A DNA stretch of 64,000 nucleotides, taken from NCBI RefSeq assembly GCF_009914755.1, contig NC_060926.1; one strand, given 5' to 3'. Under the pieces are notes generated by a model. It did no database searches. It saw only the letters and a program-made list of their open reading frames with translations, and was not told the origin of the DNA. The DNA comes from the human T2T-CHM13v2.0 reference genome, Homo sapiens. The position numbers and the translations under genes are program-made. Shown piece by piece: positions 43,829 through 55,352 of the stretch (its first letter is position 1; every line of letters starts with the position of its first letter).

Positions 43829-44281
43829 TGCACTGTGTTGAATACTGTTCCTCTAAAATTCATGTCCACTAGAACCTGTGGATATAACCTTATTTGGAAA
43901 TACAGTCTTTGCAGATGTAATCAAGTTAAGATGAGGTCATCCTGGATTAGGGTGGAAGTTAAATCTAATGACTGGTGTCCTTATATAAGGAAAGGGATAT
44001 CTGGACACAGACACACAGAGGGAAGAAGGCCATGTGACGATGGACACGGAAACTGGAGTGATGCAGCCGCTGGCCGAGGAAGGCCGAGGTCGGCCAGCAG
44101 CCACACCAGCTGGAGGAGATGAAGGAGGAGTTTTCCTGGGGCCTTCAGAGAAAGCCCGGCCCTACTGGCACCTTGGCTTTGGATTTCTAATGTCCAGAAA
44201 TGTGAGCGAAGAAAACTGATTTATTGTGAAAAGCCGTCAGTCTGTGGTGATGTGTTAGTACATCCCTACGACACAAACACA
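43829..44281 (+). mobile_element. MLT1C-like LTR
   Basis: 'gttgaatactgttcctctaaaattcatgtccac...ttatttggaaatacagtctttgcagatgtaatcaagttaagatgaggtcat'. Confidence 0.85.
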
Positions 44282-44344
44282 AAGGCCTAGGCACTGATTT
44301 GATCTAATTTCTCATCAGTCTAGCCTATTACTTAGGTGTGATTA

Positions 44345-44381
44345 TTTATTAAAGAACATTTACAACACTGTAAGTTTTATT
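44345..44381 (-). terminator. Tandem polyadenylation signals; likely distal end of the LONRF2 3' UTR
   Basis: Plus-strand TTTATT at 44345-44350 and 44376-44381 (AATAAA on minus), UGUA at 44361-44364, GU-rich downstream element at ~44268-44285; marks the edge of an AU-rich, repeat-free stretch. Confidence 0.65.
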
Positions 44382-45360
44382 CAGTTCAAATATCACATAT
44401 TAGATATACAATACCAATTAATTGAAATGAACAGTACAAGAATACATGAAGTAAATATCATAACATTTAAGTTTCGTCTCACTTAGGCAACAAGAAATGC
44501 TGAGTAGTATTATTACATATTCAAACCAGACTTAAACTTCAGAAACAGAAGGCCAGATGAGTGACCTGTATCACAGGATATGACAACACATCACCTATCT
44601 CCAAACAAGAAAAAGCATGATTATTAAGTTTATCTACACCAGCTTATTTATTCAAATTTGCTCTTCTTATTAAACAGAAAAAAAATACACATTCAATTCC
44701 TAATTGGTAAAATCATTTCACAACTCTAAAATTAAGATGCTAATGACACCACTCTCCACTAGCATGAAAGAACAATATATGAATAGAGTACACAGCTTTC
44801 CAACCTATTAACAGGTTCTTATTTTCAGAATTGAGTGGGAAATTGTGTGTGGGGTAAACAGCATGAGAGAGAAGTCGGTCACTGGTTGAACTGTTCACAG
44901 TACAAAAAGGTGACAAAACTATGAAAGTGAAAATACTATGGTAAATAACGAAGGCCCCAATGCAATTTTTGAAAATGATCCCTGAAAAGCAAAAGGTTAG
45001 AGATACTCATGTTGCAAACTCCATCTTCATCCTTCAAAGGTCACATGCGCCAACCAGCCGAGACTCATGACAGTAAACTTCCTCAGGGTTCTCTATTATG
45101 ATCAGGGCCAATCCTTCACCTCGAGGGCTGTCGTAGTACCCCGGGAGCCTCACATGACTCTCTCAGCCCCTCCCTGCTCTGAGTGACTGAGAGAACTTCC
45201 TTAGCTGCAGGGCTGCAGGCAGGTGCTTCTGCTCCTGAGCTCCTAAACACACCAAGGGGTGCTTGAAGGTCCAGGCCCGCCCCTCTCTAGAGGAAAAACC
45301 TACTCATTTGAGACTACAAACCTCTTCTAGAAGCTGTAACCTGAAATGCTAGAATGAGCT

Positions 45361-45860
45361 TATATTAATCATGCTTTTTTATAATGTATAATGTTTTCAC
45401 ATCTTGGGGACCTCACTGACTGGGGAGAGACTGCCCTTCCCAGGGCAGGCCAATTCTTAGAGATAGCAAAGGGGTCCCTTGGGAGTGCACCTTTGCACAC
45501 TAACCAACTCAGAGTCCATCTCCTCGATTTGACTCTTCCACTGCAGAAGGCAGTATCCCCTCACCCTGATCACCCAGGGCCAGGCACCAGGCAGCTGGAG
45601 ACCACCCCTGTAGCTACTGCCCAAGACATTCAAACCTGCCAATCCTACACTCTGCCCCCGCCCATCTTCGCCTTTGCCATGGAGACACAGTGGAAAGCTG
45701 CTCGCCTAGTTCTGCCTCCTGACCACTCTGGTGCGTCCTCCTCCTGTGGCCCTGCGTGGCCTGGTGCGCTCCTTTTCTCCAGAAATGCAAGTAACAAACT
45801 TTTCTTTCAATGACAGCAGCCTCTCCTTTATGAATTAAACGTGGGTACATTTCGATACCA
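45361..45860 (+). mobile_element. 5' LTR (MER74-like) of a class III provirus
   Basis: Direct-repeat homology with 50459-50968 (e.g. 'gccaattcttagagatagcaaaggg' / 'gccaattcttagacatagcaaaggg'); followed by a PBS. Confidence 0.85.
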
Positions 45861-45861
45861 C

Positions 45862-45879
45862 GGGCACAGTGAGCAGGGT
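45862..45879 (+). promoter_or_regulatory. Primer-binding site complementary to tRNA-Ser
   Basis: GGGCACAGTGAGCAGGGT versus TGGCGCAGCGAGCAGGGT (reverse complement of the tRNA-Ser(TGA) 3' end): 15/18 match, two of the three differences are CpG transitions; overlaps a G|GTGAGT donor. Confidence 0.75.
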
Positions 45880-48800
45880 GAGTCCGTGTGTGGCACAGGG
45901 CATGCCTCGCCTCTTGGCTGCGCGTGGCTTACTAACTGGACCCCCACCCTGGGGAGCATGGCCGCTGCTGGCATGTTTGCACTTTGGCTGCACCACGTAT
46001 GCTGTGTCTGCCAGTGTCTGTGACAGTCCAGCCTAAATTATAAGAGGACTGAGCTCATTCAGTCCTTGGTGCTGCAGACTAGGGTGATGTCAATCGCAGT
46101 CCCCTACACAGGACCTTCTGGGTATAATTGTATAATTGGATGCACTGGGTCCCTCTGAATTCCCTACCTGGACATACCTACTTTCTTGGCTGGTGGTCTC
46201 AGGGCAATGACGGTAGCTCCCTCCACAAGGAGCAAGGAACGGCTTTCCCTGTGAGCTTGTGTTGGATGAGAGTCTGATAACCGAGCCAGCAACGCTGAAG
46301 TCAGTGGTGGGCTGCTCACCTGAGGGGCCCTCCCCCAGCATCCAGTGAGGAATTAATCGCACTCCTGGGCAAAGGATCTGGGTGTTGGTCTCCAAAGCGC
46401 TGCAGGGATCCTCCGGCCATGCGGCTGGTGAGAGGCACCCTCCTCACAGAAATGACAGCCGCCAAAAAGTTTAAATGTTGCTTTAAGAGCCTTGCAGCTG
46501 TTGTGACTCATTCCTCAATCCGGTGGGATGCAAAGGATCTATCCATAGAGACCAGTGGCTTGAGGTTTGAGGAAAAGGGGAAGGGGTGGGACACTTTGTT
46601 CCCACTCCCCTGAGACCTGCAGAAGCCCCTGAGCTACGTGAGCCTGTAACCACCCCCCACCAGTGTGCCTGGGCACTCTGAACACCCTGCCTGTCAACAT
46701 GCTGGGACCGCCTCCTTCCAACTAAATTGCCACAAAATCAGAAAAAAAGGAAAAAGCGAGAAAAAGCCTAGGTACAAGGGAAAAAACATTAAAGGTAACT
46801 AAATAGACTGTGTATTTATGCGTGTGAGTGCATATACATACACATACACACATATATACACATGCAGATAGGCTATTTTAACGCAAATATATAATAAATT
46901 GTACATGTATATGTACATATGCAGCTAAACGGAAGGTCCCTAATCTGATCCAATTAGAAATCCAATGCTTATACACTAAAAATGTATACAACAAATTATA
47001 TACTAATATTACAAATAAATAAGATGTATATACTGAAACATTTAACCAAAACATAAAAGGGTGCCTATTGGCTTTTGTGTCTCCATAACTTAGGTTCTAA
47101 ATTAATTGTAACATTTGCTAAAATGTACCCATTGACAAAGCTTCATAGTCTTAACACTGGGGCTCAAATTACAGTTATACCTGGAGATCCCACTAAATCT
47201 AAACATTGTACCCCTATAATCTTTTTAAAAAGGCAACTAAATATAAAATGGGGGGTGGATGGGTAAGGTATGCTTCACTTTAACTGTAGCCTGTCTAAAT
47301 TTCCTGTGGTCATAGTACCCAACGCCCTAATATCCCATATTGAACACAGACACTCTAATAAAACAAATAATAAATTAAAATTAAAGTCAGTCTTTGGCAG
47401 TTATAAACTAGCTTGATAAAATGATGCCCCATGGACCTCCAGTTAAAACAGTTAATATGAGGTATTCAAGGATTAAAACTTACTAATTAATAAAGGGGTG
47501 ATTATACCCTTGTTTCTCCATTGAACAGCCCAATCTTTCCTATCCTTAAACCTGGAAAAAAAAAAGTGTGCCTCATGGTGGATTACTACAACCTTATTGC
47601 TGCAGTCCCATCCATTACCCAATTTCCATTATTATTAAAATTATTAATTCTACACAATAAATAACTGGCCAATATTTTGCTCTTACAGATTTGGCTAACA
47701 TGTCCCATTAAGTGTCTACTTGCACAGCTTCTTGGCTGCCGTTTGCCTTCTGCCCTGAGGGGCACATACACCTTTGCAGGCCACCCACAGGGAGCTCCAC
47801 GGCTTTGCCATGGCACACAATGTCTGCAGACAGGGTCTTCACCACATCCGCCTTCTCCAGGAGCACAAATGAGGAAACTCATTGTCACACTCATTAAGGA
47901 CATACAAGTCCAACATCTTTAGATACTTTCGAGGTTCTGATGGCAATGTAGTCCTCATTTACAAATTTTACTTAATCTTCTTGCTGCTGCTTACAAATCA
48001 GCTTGCTTTAAATGGGGCACCCTCCATAAACAACCTCTATAATCAAACCTTAAAATCCATGGGCACTCCTGTTGGTGCCCTCAGAGACCCCTTCATTATA
48101 GAAGCTCTGGCAAGCTCTATGCAGCCCTGGAGTCTCTGGCCCACTTAGGATGGACATAAGGTGCCTAAGGGCTTTGGATGCAAGAAACTATCCCTCTCAG
48201 CCTCATGCTACCCTATTAAAGCAGTAAATGGCTGGATGCCTACTGGGCTCTCCTGGACACAGAGGCTCTCAAAGACCTAAGCCTAGGACCCCAATCTCCA
48301 ACTGTCCATTATAAACACCTGACAAGCTCAGCAAAACTACCGATGCCTCCTTAACACAGGACAGAGTCAAGCCTGGGCCCTCTGGTGTATTCTACCCACA
48401 GGAGGGTGGTCTCCCATGTCCTCAGTCCCTTGTGAGGTCATCCTCCCGCAGACCCCTTGGTGTCCCTTAGATTAACTGAGTGAACAGCAGTGGGAGTTCA
48501 CAGAGGGTACAGATGGCATTGCCAACCCTCATATAAATGATGGAGCCCAAGAGAATGTTGCTGGCTCCCATCTTTTAGCCAGCATGCCCTGATACGAAAC
48601 GGAACCCAAAAAACAACGCATGTGGCCAAAGTTAGGCAGTCGTCTTAACGCTGGATGCCCTGGTCAGCACAGCGCCCCAGCTTCACATTTATGGCCAACT
48701 GTTGGACCACTGCCCAAGAGTTGCCCCCTTCAGGATGAAAAACTCTGGGACTCTTCCTCACAGATACCCCAAATCCAAATCTAAATCACATCTCTCCACA

Positions 48801-50458
48801 GGTGCTACAGCTGGGATTCCAGGTCTTGCCAGGACACTCCTTCATCTCTTCAGAGTGGCAGGCATCACTGGAAGTCACTGAGACACACATGCCACTTCTC
48901 GGAATCCACAATGCTGGGCTCTGGGAAAAGGCATTCGCTAAAACTTCCACAGCCCTGATAGGTTCCACACAATCGGTTTCACGAAGACACACAATGGTCT
49001 CCTCAAACAACTCCATTTCAAATTCTGGTCTGCAAACAGACCCCGAAATGGGCCTCTATCTTGCACCACAAACCTGAATCTCTCTTAATTTAGGGCCTTT
49101 CGGTTGACTCACACCTCACACAAACTTTAAAAAACATTACCATAGTCCCCTTTAAACATAAAAAGAGGGCTATGTCTTGCATTCTTGTATATAAAAGCTC
49201 ATTACATATTGGGGCCTTCCATAATGTTTCCCCCTATTCCTATAAATCTTGGATCTTATCCCCACCCCATCAGGGCTGGAGCCCAGAGAGAGAACACATT
49301 CTCTCCTGGACCCACTAACCCCAGGGCTCCCACAGGTCGTGCAGCTGCTCATCCGATACGGGACCCACTTGAGCCTAAACTTCCACCAAAAAGCAAGAAC
49401 CAAAACCCTATCAAGCACAGCTGCACACATTCTGGGGTCTATTGATCTTGTCACCACTGATGTGGGGGCTTTCGCTGGTTTATGATCCAGAGACCCAGAC
49501 CCTCCAGGTAAGCCACTGTTTCAACCAAACACGGCAAATGCTGGGACCCACATCAGCACGAGTGGGGGTCCGCTTAGAAAGGAGACCCCACGTCTCACAT
49601 CCCAGAAGACATTGCCCAGCCCAGCAGCTCACGGCTGAAGATGACATGGTCCCAGCCACGACCTCGCCGTGGGAGATAACTTTGTCCCAGATATTAAAAC
49701 CTCTGCCCTAGCGATGTCCACGGGCTACCTCTCCTGAGGCACAAAGTGGGCACATGACATGTTTGCTGTTCTTCCTTTTAATACTGAGGAGTCCACTAAT
49801 GCTGATACATGCCCTGCTTCTGCCGAAACATGGCCCCCTACACTCCCATGTCTAAATGGAAACTCTGGTAGAAGGGACTACTCTCTGTACCATTCTAAAA
49901 CTTAAGGGAGCGTCTTGCTTTCCCAGGAGGTAACTGCCCCCTATCAGTCAACTCCTCAACCCCTGGGGGAGGAGCACCCACCCCCGGTGCCTTCTCCTAC
50001 CACCCCAGCCTGCTTTCCACCGCGACTTCCTGTCCTGGGTCTCCACAGCCACTCCCTCCCTGTGGTGACACATGAACACCACGAGTCTCTACTTATCCTT
50101 TACTGAACTATCAGTGCACACCCCCAGCCACACAACCGCCAGACCTGCCACCCCGAGCCGAGAAACACCGCGATATCATCATCAGACTCATATGTTTAAC
50201 ACATGTTAACAACTGCACCAAGAAATGTTAGAGACCCCCCCCCGCAAACTGCAGAACTACATTCTTGACTAATGCCACACACATGAGAGACTCAGCTATG
50301 GGCCAGCCTAAGGGACTCCTATATCTCCACGTGTCTTCCTCCTTTCTACTCTCAGAATAAAATGTTTTCTATGCTCTTCAGGGCAACGTATGCCCTACTC
50401 TTTAAAAGTTTCTGCTATCAAAAGTGACCTTAGTATGTCAAAACAGCAGAGGACCAAT
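45880..50458 (+). mobile_element. ERVL-class internal region (HERVL74-like), disabled pro-pol
   Basis: Protease 'LNTGAQITVIPGDP' (~47150-47190); RT-like 'SPLNSPIFPILKPGK..CLMVDYYNL', 'YFALTDLANM', 'YTFAGHPQG' (~47515-47790); many frameshifts and stops. Confidence 0.85.
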
Positions 50459-50968
50459 TGTATTAATCATGATTTCTATATTTTATGATATTTTGACATC
50501 TCAGGGGCCTCGCTGACCCAGGAGAAACTGCCCATCCCAGGGTGAGCCAATTCTTAGACATAGCAAAGGGCTACCCTGGGAGCAAAGTGACCAATCCAGA
50601 GCCCATCCTCCTCTATCTGGCTCTTACAACCTAGGAAGCAATATCCCCCACCCTAACGACCCGGGGCTAGGTGCCAGATGGCTAGAGACCGCCTGTATAG
50701 CCTAGAGTCTGAGCTGTTATTCAGACCAGCCAGTCTTAGCTATTTCCCTGCCCTTTCCTTCAGAACATACAGTAGAGGGTCTGAGCCACGTTCCTCCTCA
50801 CTCCTGCTTCTGCCTGTCTCCCATCCTTCCCCTCATGGCCCGGTGTGGTCTGCTGGGCCTCTCTTTCTTTCATTTCTGTAGGAATTGTGAGAACAGTCAA
50901 CGCTGTCAATGGCATCCACCTTTCTGCGTCCTCAATCAGTTACTTTTATCAGACCTGGGTACAAATTC
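50459..50968 (+). mobile_element. 3' LTR (MER74-like)
   Basis: Starts TGTATTAATCATG after a purine-rich tract; homologous to 45361-45860 including the terminal 'tgggtaca'. Confidence 0.85.
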
Positions 50969-51404
50969 GAGTTTATGTCCCCAACTTGGGGGAGTGCAAT
51001 GGTGGCACTTCAATTTCTTCATTATCTGTGCTCACCTAAAAGCTGAGTCACTGCTAAAAGGCTATTTTATAGAATTCAGCAGTTGAGAAGTGAAAGTCAA
51101 GGTGAGGCTGAGGTGAGGAGTTGTAAAGGGAAAAAGACTTTCCCCTGGGAGTCAGAGCCAGTGCTCTGAATGAAGTGTCTCACCCCAGTAGAGAGGGGGT
51201 GATGCTGGCAAAGGGGTTCGGTTATCTCCCTGTGTGGGCGATGGCTCACGCAGCTCATCCTTCCCATCCAGAGCGGGCTTCCCTGGGAATTAGTTTTTGG
51301 TGAACAATAGAATCAGAATGTGGCCTTTGGGAAGGACGATGTTGAAGGGGAAGAACTCCTTCCACTGAATGCCGCTGCTGTCTATGCTAAAACATGGGGA
51401 GATG

Positions 51405-51703
51405 GGCCGGGCGCAGTGGCTCACGCCTGTAATCCCAGCACTGTGGGAGGCCGAGGTGGGCAGATCATGGGGTCAGGAGTTCGAGACCAGCCTGACCAAC
51501 ATGGTGAAACCCCATCTCTACTAAAAAAAAAAAATACAAAAATTAGCTGGGTGTGGTGGCACGTGCCTGTAATCCCAGCTACTCAGGGGGCCAAGGCAAG
51601 AGAATCACTTGAACCCAGGAGGCGGAGGTTGTGGTGAGACGAGATTGCGCCATTGCACTCCAACCTGGGTGACAGAGTGAGACCCCATCTCAAAAAAAAT
51701 AAA
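51405..51703 (+). mobile_element. AluS (antisense within the LONRF2 3' UTR)
   Basis: Full Alu; TSD-like aaaacatggggagat / aaaaatggggatac. Confidence 0.95.
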
Positions 51704-54700
51704 AATGGGGATACAGGGACCTCCCTACCCTACTCAATAGTTATACTGGGGAAAAATAAAACTCTGTGCTTTCAACTAAAAGAAATCACCCACATTTATA
51801 TTCTTCTAATTTGCTATCACCTTTCTTCTTCATATCTTTCACACTTCTTCTTATTTGATAGACAGTATTCAAATTTTGAAGAGTGGTATTTACCCAAGTA
51901 ATTTAAGTGGTGGGGCACAAAAGAAAACAAGAAGGAGAAGAAACAGATGGGTATTTTTTTAAAGCCCTTAAAAATTATAACAAATTCTATGTAACACAGG
52001 CAATGGAGTATTTCGATGGTAACAACTGCCAATTTTCCAAAAAGTTTATAATAAAGTGATAATATCATAGTTCATTGTTATTCTACCATCCATAAACTTC
52101 AACTGTTCCTTGATGATTCAAAAGTCCTGTGGTAAGACTTAACATATATTAAGAGTTGAGATACAATTTGTTAAACAGTCTTGGTGTGTTGTTTGTTTGT
52201 TTGTTTTTGTTTTTGAGAGAGGGAGGAGGTTTAAGTGCAAAAAGGACACATTTGTGACCCTAAAAATGAGATAATACTGTTGAATTTGGTACATGAATTG
52301 GTTAAGAATTATTGTGTTTCTATGGATAAACCTTAACATTTTAAATTATTTTCTTTTGAAACTTTAAAAAGTATCCTAACTTTCAATTCTGAAGATGAGG
52401 ACACACACGGGGGATGGGATAAGCTAAAAATGCCACGGGCTTTCAGAAAGCTGCCTTTGGGATCTTACTTGCATTTCAAAGACACAGGCAGGTTTGGGCG
52501 ATGAATGGAAAAATACAGAACAGCATGTATTGTTCCTCAAGAAGAAAAATGACTCCCCCACGCTGCTATTACTCTTTTCTGCTTTGATTCCAATGTAACG
52601 AGAGCATGCCTATTGGAGCACTTTCAGTACAATTAAGCTGGAATGTCCTGACATTGAATGAGAGATTACATTATTTTCTGAGAAATCCTTAGAATTGGCA
52701 TCTCCCCAACAGAAAAGAGGCAGAAGGGGGCAGGCGGAGGAGGAAGCAGACCGTTCTGCTTTAGCTTAATTGGTAGCAAACTGAAGCTGGGGTTTTTTTT
52801 TTTTAGGTTTGTAAGGGAGGCTTCCTTCATGATATGACCGTAGGATGCTGTCACCCTGACCCGGTTCCTGATGCGTGATGTTTCTAAGTGCTCAGTAAGT
52901 ACCAATCTACTCCCACACTGCAGTATGTGGGCGTGTGATGCTGAACAGAGAGAGCACGATGTGATCATAGTTAATTCCCTCTGGTATCAAAAAAATAAAA
53001 ACCTATCAAAAAATAAAAACGTATGTTGCTCTCGTCTGCGTCATCATTGTTGTTCAGACTTTTACATAACATGCCGAATGAGAAGACTCAGAAAGCCAGG
53101 CAGAATCATGAAGAAATAACTGAATAGTTCTGATTCCAAGAACTGTGTGACCTTATGACATTTAAAGAGTGAGGAAGAGAAAGCAACAGGTTCCAAGTAT
53201 TATAGCAAGCATACCAGCTTTACTTCAGGAAGGCTCGTGGAGAAGCTGTGATCACATTGTGGTTATTTAGATACTTCCAAATGGAAATGGCATTGATAAC
53301 TATTCAGCTGTGATATGAAGGTACAAAAAAATTTTCCAAAAGGGAAAGGCAGAGAATGGTCAATGCATACTGATTTTCATGAACCACTTCTGGTAAAGGT
53401 CTTCTGGCATGTGAGATGCATTTTGTTTTCTTTATTTTATTCCAATCAATGAATGATTCAGTTATTCCAATCAAATGATCGGGTTAGGTTATAATGCCTA
53501 AGAAAGTTGAATACTATTGTTAATGCATAAATTAATAAAATCTCTTAGAAATCACTTGGCCAAACTGCCATTAAACCATCTCAAGATGATATTTGAGATT
53601 CACAATAAGTGAGGCACTTGAAACATTGGATTGGAAAATACTTTCACATTTTCTCTTTACAATTAAGTGATGCTGGTATTTTCTAACTCCCATGATGAGA
53701 CTGAGTTTTATCTACTGAAAACTAAAAGAAAAATTAATAATATTATAAAGTCTTTCTAATAAAATGCTTGATGGATTGATATACCATCAACATTGTATAT
53801 TATGAGATATATATATTTTAAAACTAAAAAATCACCTTCAATGAACAAAGCAAAACTTGCAGCTGTGATGTGGTCGTGACCCTCTGGTTAAGAATGTCCA
53901 CCTTACAGACGAGGAAGCCAACCAAATGCACCAGCTGGTTGGGCCAGAGAGAACATATGAGTATCTCAGATTCAGTTATTCCAATCAATATCACCAACGT
54001 GCATTACAGGATGGAAGTCATACTACTGTCCTTTAACAGATAACACCTGGTCTGATCACCATAAAACTTTCCTTCAAAAAAATAAAGATAATTTTAGGTT
54101 GGTGTTGGAGAAAAACTTACTGAATATTTACATCCCATACCGGCCATCCTCCCTTCATATATTCTGATCTATTTTCCTGGAATAGATAGATTACCATGGC
54201 ATGGCAGATTTTTTAATGTTTTTGTATATTAATAAATGGATAGTAAACTGAAATTTACTGATGGGGCTAATTTCTAATGCAAATCCCAATAGAAAAAGAT
54301 GACTGTTTCCTAAATGCTTAGTAACCACTGATCAATGAGACAAGGTTCTACTTTCAAAGCATTCTTTGCACTTGGTGGTTTTATGTTTGACATCCCAATG
54401 CATATACAATTTTAACTCACTTTATTGTGTGTAAATATATATATATATATATCCTCAAGTGAATGATACTGTTCTCAGGTTTTTCTATATCCAAGGTATA
54501 CTTTCTTATGTTTTGACATTCGTTTGATTACAACATGCAATTTACAACACCTGGGACTACAACAGGACATTAAACACAGTTCTATCCAGAGGCTACTACT
54601 TCTTGGGTAAGGACTAGTTTGGGCTCCTGCACTGAACAATGGTGTGATTATTCGATTTCACAGACAACTTCACAGCAACACGCAAAGCCTAAGCGTAGTT

Positions 54701-55157
54701 TCGGTTAGCCTGTGTTCTAAGAAATCCACTTCCAGATAAAAACGTGGTTCCCCCATATTGTCTACACACTAAAGCACGCCTTTACCATCTGGCAGAGCCA
54801 GATACTGACTGGGAAGTGAATCCTTCTTTCTCGTGAAACCCAAACCACATGTAAACCATCTGCAGGGTCCTGTGCTGTCAGTGAACTGCATTCCCCAAGC
54901 ACCTGCTTCTAAGAGATTTTCTTAGGTTGTTTTCCAACTATGGGCTCCATTCAGACTTCAGGCTAACCTCACACAAGGTCAGATCCCACCAGACACAGAA
55001 TTGTCATTTTTGAGGAGGACTCAATGTTTGGCAAGCGTCCCATTTTGGAACCTCATCCACAAGCACTTGATGAAGCACAATGAATGGACGGCTATTCGTC
55101 CATGCCTGACATTTATAAAAGCACAAGGGCTGCCAGAAACCTTGACAGAGAGAAAAA

Positions 55158-55352
55158 TCAATTATTTCTCTCCCTGGCATTAGCCAGCTCTTGCCGACTA
55201 TTCATCTTACGCGTGATGATGACTAATATCCGTCGGATGGCAAGGAGCCGCTCTTTGAGCGAGGTCATGCCGAGGATGGCCAGCTGAGCCTTGCGCTCCA
55301 GGGGCAGCACGGCCAGGATCCACCAGGACCAGGCAGGGCCGCTGGGATTACT
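55158..55352 (-). CDS. LONRF2: LONRF2 last coding exon (end of the LON substrate-binding domain): SNPSGPAWSWWILAVLPLERKAQLAILGMTSLKERLLAIRRIL...ERNN*
   Basis: Acceptor ttttgcag| at 55353-55360; 195 nt = 64 codons + TGA; matches the LONRF-family C-terminus. Confidence 0.95.
   Translation of the reverse strand, partial: SNPSGPAWSWWILAVLPLERKAQLAILGMTSLKERLLAIRRILVIITRKMNSRQELANARERNN

Larger units (their letters stand above)
44325..55157 (-). other. LONRF2: LONRF2 long 3' UTR (inferred extent)
   Basis: Follows the TGA at 55158-55160. The 3' end is inferred from the PAS cluster and from recalled knowledge that LONRF2 mRNA has a >10-kb UTR. Confidence 0.6.

Noticed and set aside
47075-49077. 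Domesticated or functional ERV protein
   Set aside because: The protease catalytic Asp reads Asn (NTG), RT is broken by frameshifts and stops, and no long ORF remains
45356-50973. TSD for the MER74-type provirus (gagct / gagtt)
   Set aside because: Only a 4/5 match and the 3' LTR end (CA) is not cleanly preserved; too weak to assert
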